64,000 nt of DNA from Candidatus Poseidoniaceae archaeon (GTDB lineage Archaea; Thermoplasmatota; Poseidoniia; Poseidoniales; Poseidoniaceae), in the NCBI GenBank assembly GCA_943788655.1, contig CALSRB010000002.1, positions 395,081 through 459,080 of the forward strand, given 5' to 3'. The notes below the pieces were generated by a model. It did no database searches, had not been told where the DNA came from, and saw nothing but the letters and a program-made list of their open reading frames with translations. The stretch's first letter is position 1, and every line of letters starts with the position of its first letter. Shown here one piece after another: positions 1-11,400 of the stretch. Both the position numbers and the translations under genes were made by a program.

Positions 1-452
1 TCTGTATCCGCAATCCAACCAGTTGAGGATGCTTCAATCAGCGATTCGAGATCTTTGAGACCAAGGTCGATTTTGGCCCCGCTGGCAAACAACGCTTTCC
101 TTGCTGCAATTTTCTCATCAAGATCATCGATGTAGAATGTCGGTGTGAAGTCGGCGCGCCATCCTTGAATCAGATCGAGAATTTCATCCACTTTCCCTCG
201 AACAAAGAGATCTTCGGGTTCGATTCCAGCAAGTGCTGCTGCGTATCGCATCAATGCATTTGATTCAGCGATGGTACCCTGAGGCGTCTTGAGAATTGGT
301 AGGTATCCCCACGGCAAATCACCGCTGTCTTTCAGTGTTTGAAAGCCGTCCCAATCCACCACTGTGTTTTTCCAAGGAACTTTCGAAATCTCCAAACATA
401 ATCGAGTTGGTTCTGCATAACCAGGTGATGCGAAGTAAATCAGTTCGTGCAT
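1..452 (-). CDS. Glutathione S-transferase family protein (3' end runs off the window)
   Basis: Not in the ORF track. Manual translation from ATG 452: MHELIYFASPGYAEPTRLCLEISKVPWKNTVDWDGFQTLKDSGDLPWGYLPILKTPQGTIAESNALMRYAA. This has the GST N-domain signatures (N-terminal Tyr, LPWGYLPIL, ESNAL). GGTGA SD upstream. Confidence 0.85.
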   Translation of the reverse strand, partial: MHELIYFASPGYAEPTRLCLEISKVPWKNTVVDWDGFQTLKDSGDLPWGYLPILKTPQGTIAESNALMRYAAALAGIEPEDLFVRGKVDEILDLIQGWRADFTPTFYIDDLDEKIAARKALFASGAKIDLGLKDLESLIEASSTGWIADT

Positions 453-497
453 GTCACCGGCTCAGTTCGGCGGTTGATGAACGCTTCTGTATCTACA

Positions 498-1904
498 TCA
501 GGGGCTGACTCGGCGTCGGTCTCGCGGGAACAACACTGTTTCTCGGACGTTCTTCGCACCGGTCAACTTCATCAGAATTCGTTCAACACCAAGACCCCAT
601 CCCGCGTGAGGCGGGACGCCATGACGGAATCCAGCAACGTAGAATTCAAATTCTTCAGGATCCAAATTCATGTCCTTGAGGTTTTCAATTAAGACATCCA
701 TTCGGTGCTCTCGCTGACCACCCGAAGTGAGTTCGTCGCGACCAAAGTTAAGATCAAAACCACGGCTAAGTTGTTTTCCAGTGCTTCCATCCTCGCCCTC
801 TACATGGTGGATGTAGAACGGTTTGAGGTCCATTGGCCACCGAGGCAGGAAGTAAAATTGTGGCAAATCTTCTGCTAGCAAATCGGAGTTCTCAGCATCA
901 ATGTCGTCGCCCCATTCAATCGAGCCACCTTTGGCTTTAATGGTTGCAATCGCATCGCAATAAGACAAGCGAGGGAATGGCAATTCAGGTACAATCACTT
1001 CGATTGGCTCTTCATCCTGAGTGGCTCTGTATTCATTGATGGTGTCAATGTGAGCAATGGATTCAGGATCGGTCGAAACCGAGACCCAAATGTGATGAAT
1101 CATTCGCTCCAACACACCCATGACGTCTTCGTCGTTCGCCCAGGAGCATTCAATATCGAACGAGATGAATTCGTTGAGGTGTCGATATGTGTCGTGCTTT
1201 TCTGCTCTGAAAGCAGGTCCAACTTCGAACACTCGTTCAAGGCCACCAGACATGCATAATTGCTTGAACAGTTGGGGGGACTGGTTCAGGAAGGCAGGCG
1301 TGTCGAAATACATCATCGGGAACAAGTCAGTTCCACCTTCCGTGGCCGTTGCAACAATCTTGGGAGTGTGAGTTTCAAAGAAACCTTCTGAGATGAGGGC
1401 CTCTCGACCGTACTGCAACACTTTGCCCCGGAGTTTGAACATCGCATTTACTTGGGCACGGCGAAGGTCCAAAAATCGGTTGTCGAGCCGAGTGTCCAGA
1501 GCGACGTGAACCGTATCGGTGACGCCTAGGGGAAGCGGTGCTTCTGCTCGAGCAATAACAACGACGGATGTGGCAACCACTTCGTACGCTGGTGGCGGCG
1601 TGGGTTCGCCCTCTTTGGCCTTGGGAGGTCGCTTTTGCGAGACGGTGCCTGTGAATTGAAGAGTGGATTCACGGGTCATGCGCTGCACCATGTCAAGTGA
1701 AGCTTCACCGATGTTGTCTTTCTTGAGGAATATTTGAGTTATACCAGTACCATCACGGAGGTCGACAAAACAAATGGCGCCCTTTCCACGGTTGGCTTCC
1801 ATGAAACCGGCGACCGTAACTTCTTGATCAACCAAATCCGCTCCAAGCGCTTGAATTTGGCCCAAAGTGTGCGTTCGATAGGAGGTCGGTACCCATGTGG
1901 TCAT
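498..1904 (-). CDS. aspS: Aspartate--tRNA ligase, archaeal type
   Basis: OB-fold (FVDLRDGTG), LNQSPQLFKQ, FRAEKHDTYRHLNEF, PPHAGWGLGVER, LFPRD. Start moved from 2012 to ATG 1904 (MTTWVPTSYRTHT). Confidence 0.95.
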   Translation of the reverse strand: MTTWVPTSYRTHTLGQIQALGADLVDQEVTVAGFMEANRGKGAICFVDLRDGTGITQIFLKKDNIGEASLDMVQRMTRESTLQFTGTVSQKRPPKAKEGEPTPPPAYEVVATSVVVIARAEAPLPLGVTDTVHVALDTRLDNRFLDLRRAQVNAMFKLRGKVLQYGREALISEGFFETHTPKIVATATEGGTDLFPMMYFDTPAFLNQSPQLFKQLCMSGGLERVFEVGPAFRAEKHDTYRHLNEFISFDIECSWANDEDVMGVLERMIHHIWVSVSTDPESIAHIDTINEYRATQDEEPIEVIVPELPFPRLSYCDAIATIKAKGGSIEWGDDIDAENSDLLAEDLPQFYFLPRWPMDLKPFYIHHVEGEDGSTGKQLSRGFDLNFGRDELTSGGQREHRMDVLIENLKDMNLDPEEFEFYVAGFRHGVPPHAGWGLGVERILMKLTGAKNVRETVLFPRDRRRVSP

Positions 1905-2063
1905 GATACGATGGCAGCAGGTCGAGAACATCAACCATTCGTTCGAACTTTCAGCAAGTCTCAGACCTCGATGGGGTATAAACGCAACAATTATTCCCAA
2001 TAGGAATATCATTGGTAGTGATTAAGCGTTGCCTTCATATATCCGCGGTCGAGGCGCCCACCC

Positions 2064-3299
2064 ATGACTGACGACCTGTTCTCATCCGAATCCGTGACCC
2101 GAGGCCACCCAGACAAACTCTGTGACACAATTTCCGATGCAATTGTCGATGCATGCCTTGCCGTCGATTCAAACGCTCGTGTGGCTGTTGAAACATGCGT
2201 GAAGGGAAAGGAAAACATCGGCCTCATCGTCCTTGCGGGTGAAGTATCCCTCAACGGCGAAGCACCTGATTACGAATCCATCGCTCGAAAGGCTGCGGTC
2301 GATGTAGGGTACAACGATCACGCCATCGGCATGGACGCTGCATCACCCGAATGGACGGAAGTTCAGGTGCACATCACAACTCAATCATCCAACATTGCTC
2401 AAGGCGTCAACAAAGACGGCCTCTCTCAAGGGGCAGGCGATCAAGGACTCATGTTTGGATATGCATGCACTGAAACAGAGGCATACGAAGACCTCAATGG
2501 GCGGTTCTTCCCCCTTGCAGCAGCGCTGTCACAACGGCTCACACGCCGGCTCACGGCCGTCCGAGAGCAAGGAATTCTCCCCTGGGCACGGCCGGATGGA
2601 AAATCACAAGTGACCGTCGAATATGACGAACAAGGAAATGTGTCTCGAGTTCACACCGTCATCATTGCCATTCAACACGACAAAGCCCTCAAGGACCAAT
2701 TTGGAGGTTCCATCGAGGCAGAACTCGCCCATGTTCAAAGCGAAGTTCGCCGACATGTGGTCGATTATGCCATCCCTTCCGAGCTGCTTGATGATGACTG
2801 CATTCTTGTGGTCAACGGAACCGGGCGATTTGCAGACCCAGGAGGCCCCTACGCCGATGCTGGTCTCACCGGCCGGAAAATCATCGTGGACACCTATGGT
2901 GGAATGGGACGACACGGCGGTGGAGCCTTCTCTGGAAAGGATCCCTCGAAGGTGGATCGTTCAGCAGCCTACGCTGCCCGATGGGCTGCCAAGCACGTGG
3001 TTGCGGCAGGCCTGGCAGACCGTTGCGAAATCCAACTCGCTTACGTGATTGGTGTTGCTGAACCTGTGAGCGTTCGTGTCGAAACTTTTGGCACCTCTGA
3101 ACTGACCGCTCGAGCGATCTCGAAGCGTGTCAAAAACGCCTTTGATTTCCGCCCGGGTGCGATTGCGAACGACCTCGATTTACTCAAGCCGATTTACTCC
3201 ACGACTGCAGCTGGCGGCCACTTTGGCCGAGCCCCGGGGGCAGACGGTTCCTTCCCTTGGGAAGCACTTGATGATGCTCGCCTTGCCCTCCTCAAGTGA
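2064..3299 (+). CDS. metK: S-adenosylmethionine synthetase, bacterial/eukaryotic type
   Basis: SESVTRGHPDKLCD, GAGDQG and GGGAFSGKDPSKVDRSAAY motifs. Confidence 0.97.
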   Translation: MTDDLFSSESVTRGHPDKLCDTISDAIVDACLAVDSNARVAVETCVKGKENIGLIVLAGEVSLNGEAPDYESIARKAAVDVGYNDHAIGMDAASPEWTEVQVHITTQSSNIAQGVNKDGLSQGAGDQGLMFGYACTETEAYEDLNGRFFPLAAALSQRLTRRLTAVREQGILPWARPDGKSQVTVEYDEQGNVSRVHTVIIAIQHDKALKDQFGGSIEAELAHVQSEVRRHVVDYAIPSELLDDDCILVVNGTGRFADPGGPYADAGLTGRKIIVDTYGGMGRHGGGAFSGKDPSKVDRSAAYAARWAAKHVVAAGLADRCEIQLAYVIGVAEPVSVRVETFGTSELTARAISKRVKNAFDFRPGAIANDLDLLKPIYSTTAAGGHFGRAPGADGSFPWEALDDARLALLK

Positions 3300-3390
3300 G
3301 CAGGAATATCGGCCAGTTAAATCCCCCTTTCACACGGCCCGTAGGGCCGATTCACTCAAGTGGTAGTGAAGTGTGGCCTAACTTGGTCTT

Positions 3391-6300
3391 ATGTCATCTC
3401 GTCCCGCTCGTGCTGTGGCCTTTGTTCTTGTATTGCTGTTTGCAAGCCTTTCACCGTTGGCGGTGCCTGCATCAGCGCACAGTGCAATTTTGCTGGATGT
3501 CGATGCGCATCATGTGGTGCTGGAACCTGGGCAATCAAGCAATGTTACCCTTACAATCGAAAACAATGGATCCTCAATCCGATCCTACAATGTTTCCACC
3601 AACACTGGTGTCCTTTCATCGCTTTGGTCAATCACTGCAACCGAACCTGTTGTCGAGAATATTTTCCCTACATGGAGCAAGAACACAACGATTGTGGTTC
3701 AACTCTCCGTTGGCGCCGTACCTGCAGACAGCGGTTCGTTCAACATTCATGTGACTGAGCCATCTCAAAACATCACCTCCATCATCACCGTGTATGTGAG
3801 CGTCGCACCATCGTACGCCCCGCTCATCAGTTTCGACACGATGGGATCATCGCTGGTTTCAATGGAGGCTGGTGCACAATCCTCCTTCAGCGTCGATGTT
3901 ACCAACGCTGGCTCAGTAGAAGACACGCTGCTTCTTGACGTCGAATTCGAACCTGATTTGGCCACATGGTGGTCGAACCAAGGCTCCAACTCAACCGGCA
4001 ACGGTACTGGTGGGAATGGAACTGGCAATGGAACTGGCACCGGCAACGGTACTGGTGGGAATGGAACTGGTAACGGAACTGGAACCGGCAACGGACTGGT
4101 AACGGAACTGGAACTGGCAACGGTACTGGAACCGGCAACGGAACCGGTGGCAATGGAAGCAGCAACATCACCGTCCTATCGAATCTCTTGATGTATGGAA
4201 ACAGCTACACAGGATACAACAACCTTGCCAGTTTGATGGAATCACTGGGCGTCGTCAACGCAGATTCAATCACACCCGGTGGAAAGATGCTCTCCGGGCA
4301 TTGGGACGACATTAACACCTCGTTACACATCTCAAACACAACGCTTCGCAATCCAAACATCGATTGGGATTATGTTGTTCTCCAAGATCAGAGTCAGGTC
4401 CCTTCCCTCCCCACAACCGATACCTTTTGGCAAGCGAGTATGAATGGCGCAGTGAACATCAGCACCGAAGTTGCTGCAGAAGGTTCGGAAACGGTTCTGT
4501 TCATGACATGGGGGCGCCGAAGTGGAGAATCTGGACCTCAATGGCATCAATACAACATCAATCAAAACTACACCATTATGCAAGATCGATTGGCTGATGG
4601 ATACACCTACTATGCAGAAAACATCAGTGCCGAGGGGAACACTGTCTGGATTGCGCCAGTCGGCCTCGCTTTCAAAACCATTCACGATGCCGTAGAGGAC
4701 AGCGGTTCTGACCCAACTCAAAGTGGAAACTTGTTTTATGACCTCTATGACGCAGATGGAAGCCACCCTTCATTGAAAGGAAGTTATCTCTCAGCATGCG
4801 TGCTATATGCTACAATGACCGGCGATTCCCCTGTTGGCTCAAACGACACGATCGCCATCAACGCAACCGTGAAAATGCAATTGCAGCAAGCCGCTGCAGA
4901 CACTGTATTCAATGGAACATCTCACATCGATTACCCGTGGTCACAAACCATTACATCCACTTCATCTGCACGCGGCCTTGGCGGCGGAATCCCTGCTGGA
5001 TGGAACGTTCAATGGAACGATGATCAACTCGACAACATGGGTGCAGGAACGACGCAACAAGCCACACTCGACATCACAGTCCCTGCAGATGTTGCACCTG
5101 ATTATTACGGGTTCAGGCTGTTTGCAGCATCCACCCAAGGAAACCTGAGCACATCGACCCTGTTGGTGGTGCACGTTGATGAAGATCACAGCCTAAGCAT
5201 TGCTTTCCTCGACCAAGATTCGGAATTCTTGCCCGGGATGACAACAAACACCACTGTCTCTGTGACAAACACTGGAAATGCGGAAGCGGACTACGATTGG
5301 AATGTTGAAGCACTCAGTGGCCCATGCGCTTTTGCTCTACCAAACCCAGTAAGCCTCGCACTTCTGCCCGATGCATCTGTTGACGTGACCATACAAGTTG
5401 ACGTACCAGCAACTGCGACCATCGCAGATTCATGTGAATTCCACTTTGAGGGTTCAACCCTTCAAGGAACAGGCTCAGTCGTGAGCGGTGCAGAATCGTT
5501 CACCATCGCCGTCGATGAACTGGTCGATTTCGAACTCATTGCAACAAATGCACAGGTCGATGTGGAACCTGGCACCGCACAATCCTACACCATGCGCTTG
5601 CAGAATAACGGAAGTGAAGCCCGAACCTTCAACCTCCAAATTAACAACACAGAGGACCTAAACACCATCATCACCTCAACAATTGACATCACCATTCCTG
5701 CCGGAGAGAGTGGGACATGGGATGTTGAAACAACTGCAGAAGAAGGCGCTGTCGGCATGTATGTCCAAGCATTCAGCGTCACTCGAAGCGGTGTCGTGTC
5801 CGAGGCATCTGTTGACATTGAAGTGCTCGCCACATCAGAAATCACGCTTGTGGGACCCATTGATGGTCGAATCTTGATGCAACCTGGTGGAACCTCGTCC
5901 ACTGAATTCACGCTTAGCAACACTGGCACACGTGATGTCATTCTTGTCGCATCCATGACCGGCCTGCCGTCTTCGGCCACCGCAGAGATCAGCCATTCAT
6001 CGCTCATGCTCAGCGTGGGTGAAACTTCGCAAGTCTACCTGAACATCACGCTCAACACAAACGCTGATCCGGGAACACATCCACTCGAATTTAGTTACGG
6101 GGGAACGGGTGCGTCTGCCGTTGAACAAGTGGATTTGCAAATTCAAGACAGGTTTGCCGTCCTGCTATCAAGCACAAGCACACAAGTGGTAGCAGGGCCG
6201 TCAAACAATGCATCCATCCTCGTCGATGTTACGAACTTCGGCACAGCAACTGATGTTCTGCAACTGAGTTTGTCGGATTCATCTGACTCCACCTGGTTCA

Positions 6301-7520
6301 CATCATCCTTATCCACCACATCGGTTTCGCTTGCATCTGGAGCAACCAGCACCGTTGTAATCGATGTTCGAGAAGTCATGACTGGCGCAACTGCCAACGG
6401 TGTTACAATCACACTGCATGCAACTTCGAGCAATGATCCATCCGCTACAGACCACCTGAATGTGACGGTTCGTCCACAAGTGGCTGGCGCTGAAATAACC
6501 GTGATTGCCGATGTCGACGAAGCCCAGCCAGGCGACACCATCCGTGGCACTGTTGTTGTGAAAAACACGGGAACAGCATACGATGAATTACTGCTGACCA
6601 CCGTCGGCATGGACTGTGGTGTAACCACGATGTTTGAACTTGAAGCTGGTGCGTCTTCTTCTGCGATCCCTTGGTCATGTCGTATTGATGAGTCTGCACA
6701 ATCCGGTCTTGCCAACTTAGAGTTCCGAGTCACGAGCACATCTCGCAGTGACTATGTCGGGACATACTCTGAAATTTACACTGTCGAACCAACGTACACA
6801 AACGGAAATGTACTCGACATCACGACGGATGAAACATCTTACAAGGTCCCATACTCGGGCGGTACAAGCGTTGTCGTGACCGTTACCAACTTAGCCAACA
6901 CCCAAGTGAAGGGCGCGCTCAGTTACAACGGCGAAGGGAGCGGCATGCTGATTGGTCAATGGACACGTATCATTGACGAAAGTGCGGTGAACACCTTCGA
7001 CCTTGCCCCGTTCGCATCAACAGAATTCATGCTCACATTTACCTCAAACATTGAGAACGACGAAACGGCCAACATTGTGCTCAAAGCGACCTATGAAATT
7101 GTTGTGACGAGCACCACCGGATCAGAGGAATCAGACCAGTTTAGCATCTCGATCGCTGGCCCTGCTGAACCTCCACAAGGAGTCACACTCCCACTTGGAC
7201 TTCAACTTGATCAAAGCACGACACTCAACACACTGCTTGGTGGCTGGGCCTTTGCTCTCCTTCTTTTGAGCGTCATGTACCTCCGCCGAAATCGCAAGGA
7301 AACCCAAGAGGTCGCGGACGAATGGGATCAATCCGAAGAAACGACCGAGGAAGAGATCGATGCCGAAGAGCAACCGCTTGGTTACAATGAATGCAGAATG
7401 GAAGACGGGAAGGTCAGTTGCCCTTCATGCGAAGCGCGCTTGGGCGTCCCTCGTGGCAGCGAAGCACCGTTCAGATTCACTTGTCCGAAGTGCCAAACGA
7501 TGATCCGAGTCGTCGAGTGA
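3391..7520 (+). CDS. Membrane-anchored surface protein: signal peptide, NEW3/Ig-like repeats, GNGT linker, SGNH-hydrolase domain, C-terminal TM and Zn ribbon. Split by a 1-bp frameshift near 4095.
   Basis: ORFs 3391-4191 and 4188-7520 join if one A is restored in aacgga(a)ctggt, so the GNGT repeat continues to ...NLLMYGNSYT. SGNH motifs GNSYT and DGSHP; C-terminal CPSC..CPKC. Confidence 0.8.
3985..4160 (+). repeat. Low-complexity Gly-Asn-Gly-Thr coding repeat
   Basis: Repeated ggcaacggtact/ggaact units encoding GNGT(G/T), giving many N-G-T sequons. Confidence 0.9.
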
Positions 7521-7523
7521 ACC

Positions 7524-8318
7524 TTACTCAACCGATGTTCGTTGGGCGATGAGAAGGAACGCAGTGTGACCAAATGGTCCGTTGACTGGACGCATGCCTC
7601 CTTTCGATGCCTTACCCCACTGCCGTTCCATAAGTTCACCAGCCCATTCAACATTGAGCCCTGCTTGCTCGCAAGCCTCCCAAGCATGTTCGACTTGGCT
7701 CGTTACTGGACAATAGCACGCAATGCGGCCACCCACGGCTAACAGCGGTGCGACGGCAGCAATTGCTGAGGGGTGCTGGGGTAAGTCAAGGATGATACCA
7801 TCGAATGCTTCCACATGCTGCGTGATTTCAGAAACTACGTCTTCGATGGCGCCTTCGATATGGTGGTGCTCTGGGAATTCGATCCAACTCTGACGAGCTC
7901 GTGTCAAGTTTTTGAGACCGACGTCAGCGTGTTCGGAACGAGGTTCGACAGTGACATGAACGCCTGAACCACCAAGCGCACGAGCGATGTGCATCGAAAG
8001 GCCCGCACTCCCAAGTCCCGCTTCAAGAATAGAATCGCCAGAACCAATGCCGAGTTTAGCAACAAAGTAGCCAGCGTCTTTTGCGCTGATGGTTTGCGCC
8101 CTCCTCAGCATGCCTCTCGAGAGTTCAGGGAGCCTGGGTGGCATTCGCGTCAGTTGCTTTTGCCCAAGAGTAACCTCCGAACCATAAGGCACACCAGCGA
8201 TCGTGGCCATTGCATCAAAGACACCCAAGCCTTTGGTTTTACGAACGCCCTCGACCATTTCAACAACATGAACCTTCCCTTCCGGTTCAACCAAAACAGC
8301 CCACGCGTCATTGTCCAT
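7524..8318 (-). CDS. trmI: tRNA (adenine-N1)-methyltransferase TrmI/GCD14 family
   Basis: RRAQTISAKDAG, ILEAGLGSAGLS, IILDLP and GHTAFL motifs. Confidence 0.85.
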   Translation of the reverse strand: MDNDAWAVLVEPEGKVHVVEMVEGVRKTKGLGVFDAMATIAGVPYGSEVTLGQKQLTRMPPRLPELSRGMLRRAQTISAKDAGYFVAKLGIGSGDSILEAGLGSAGLSMHIARALGGSGVHVTVEPRSEHADVGLKNLTRARQSWIEFPEHHHIEGAIEDVVSEITQHVEAFDGIILDLPQHPSAIAAVAPLLAVGGRIACYCPVTSQVEHAWEACEQAGLNVEWAGELMERQWGKASKGGMRPVNGPFGHTAFLLIAQRTSVE

Positions 8319-8495
8319 GAGCCTCGCGAGTTCCTTTCGGATTTCAATGCTTTGTGAGAAGGAAAATTAACAACTGAAGTGAAGAATATATATTAAAATT
8401 GCAATAAATATTCCATAAAACCGCAGTCCCACGAATAAAACTGGTTCTGTCATGGGAGGGGTTTGTATAAATACCATCCTCTGTGTGTATGGAGC

Positions 8496-11400
8496 ATGAA
8501 GATGCAAGCACGCCTTCTCGCTCTAACAATTGTGACCCTATTCGTGGGCAGTGTCCTTGTTGGATTTACTGCGGATATGAATCCACTCAACACAGAAAAA
8601 ACGCTCAATGAAGAGCCTGTTATTCAACAAGCAAGTTCGGCAACCAGCCCGGGACACGTCGTGTTTGGACAGTACATCTCATCCGACAACTGTGGTCACT
8701 GCTCGAAAACAGGCGGTGGCTCAGATGCACACCACGCAGTGAAGCAACTTCACCCTGATGAGTATGTCTACATCACTTACATGTCTGCATCCTATGGCGA
8801 TACCGACACCGCCCGAGCAGGCAATGTTGCCCCTTACAACTGGGCTTGGTCCACAGGTGGCGCACCGGACGCTTACTTCGGAGACCGCACCGACAAGAAC
8901 CAAGGCGGAGCTTCATCAAATTACGATACATACGATTCACTCTTCTCTTCTGGCGGAGGAATGGCTGCAACAGTCAATGATTACGGCATGTCCGCCTCAA
9001 TTGGACAAACTGGTGGCACCTACGACATCGACATTTCCTACAAATACACAGGATCTGGTAGCCCAGCAAGCAACATGAAACTTTACGCTGCACTTGTTGA
9101 CAAGGACTGCACAGGTTACACATACTCCTCTGGGATTCCCCACGGATACAACTGCTGGATGGCTTGGCTCACCGACAGTGACACCTACAAATCAAAGAGC
9201 GCCGGTTCCGGTACATCCTTTGCATCAGTCGCCCCAACGTCAACTTCCCAATCTGTCACATGGTCGAGTGTTCCAGCAGCAGTCGTACCGGGTGGCTTGA
9301 ACAAGGCGGTCGTAATTGGCGTTCTGATGGCAGGAAACCAAGTTTCAGTGGGCGGTACTTCAGCCCACGTCTACCACGCCATTGATTCGACAATGGGTCC
9401 AAAGATGGACCTCGCTCCAAACGGCCTCAGTGTCACAAACCCAACCGGTGGCACCTCGTACATCATCGGCGACACTGTCACCCTTGATACGACCATCAAC
9501 AACCTCGGCGACCTTGACTACAGCGCCGGCGGAAACATCGAGTTCTTTTACAAGAACGGCATTAATGAAGTCTCAATTGACACGAAATCTCTGAACGCCA
9601 TCAACACCGGTGGCTCTCAAACCGCATCTGTGAACTTTGACACCTCTGTCCTTCCGACAAACGGATGGAAGACCACATTCGGCGTCCGCCTCACAGGCCT
9701 CGTGGACGAGACGCAAAGTGCCAACAATGTGGCTTTGTCTGAACTTGACCACGACCGACCACCGCTTGCGAAGAAGGCACAGGTCGAAGGCGACAACGTC
9801 ATTGCCCGTGGCACTCAATTCAACATTCTCGCCAAAGGCGATGCTGACGACAATGTCGACACCATCGATTCGATGAGTTTCAACATTGAAGTCTCCCCAA
9901 CAGGAGCAAATCAATGGTCAAGCGACATTGTATCCGGTGGGGAGATGGTCATGTATCCAGGCTCGCCAAGCGAAGGGCGTGCCTACCTCCTCAGCCCATC
10001 GATGAACATGGCCTCTGGCTGGTATGACATTCGATCACAAACAGTGGATTCACGAGGACAGACAAGCGACTGGATTGTCACCGCAGGCACTGATGGTTTC
10101 AAACTCGCCAACGGAATTCCTTCCATTGTCGCAGAGCCAATTCCATCTGTTCTTTGTGATACAACAACCAAGTTCGACCTTACCGGGCACGTCTCTGACC
10201 CAGAGACACCCTTGGGGAGCCTTGTCATCACATCAGACAGTCCTTCATTCGTAGCATGGCATCCATCAACCACAGAACTCGAAGTTAAATTCGCATGGAA
10301 TGAAATCAATGGATGTCCACTCGGACAGCAAGGTATGGAGATTCGAGTCGATGACGGAGGAGATTACTCCGAAGTTGGAGAGTTGCCATACGGAACACTC
10401 CTGTTCAATGTTCTCGAAAATGGACAACCACGTTGGGAAGGACTCCCTACACAAACCGTCGAAGAAGGAGGGTCAGGCATCATTGACCTGCTCCCGTTCC
10501 TTTCTGACACCGACGACACTGGCCAACCTGTGAACGCAAACACGCTCACAGTTTCCATGATCAGCACCTCAAATGATGAGATCATTTCCTTCACCCTTGA
10601 AGGCTACGCTCTTGCCTTTGAGACAATCGACAATGACGTTAACGGTCAGTCAATGGTGACCCTCCGTGCAAGCGACGGCGAGCAAATCTCCGAGCAAACC
10701 ATGATTGTGCAAATCAATCCAAGCAACGATGCGCCCCGAATCGACCTTGACAGCATGGAATCGATTCAACTGAAGCGAAATGAGCAGATGGTCGTTGATC
10801 TAAGCACGAGAATCAGCGACATCGATGACCCTGCGGAAGAAGCATTCCTCACCGTCGATTCAACTGAATCTGGAGCGGCACGATACAACCTCTTGACGGG
10901 AATGCTGACCCTTCAGTTTGAGCAAGTAGGCGCACAAACAGTGACCCTCACCATCATGGACAAGTACGATACAAACACCTACCAAATGATTGTGAATGTG
11001 TACGACGCACTTCCGTTGGAAATTTCAACGGTCGGTGACGGAACGGGACACATATTTGCCGACCTGACTGACACATACATCGGCCAAACACCAACGGTCA
11101 AAATGACGCTCACTGACACAGCACCAGTGTTCACATACATGATGGCAAATTGGAACGTCTGCAATGAATTAACTGGCACCTGTGACGGTTTGCTCACCTA
11201 CGAACTGGATGTCACACAATCCGCAACTGGATGGAGCAACCTCCTCGACATGCCTTCCCTCGTCTTCGAAGGACAGTCTGCCCGAGAGGACGGATCAAGA
11301 GACCGTGATTACTACGAACTTGAGATGACCGCAAGTGATGCCAATGGTGATGATTACAAGACCCTCACCAAGTTGAAGTGGACCATCACCGAATCAGCTC

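Noticed and set aside
4090-4100. Programmed frameshift or phase variation in the surface protein
   Set aside because: No slippery heptamer or long homopolymer; a simple 1-bp loss or sequencing error is more parsimonious.
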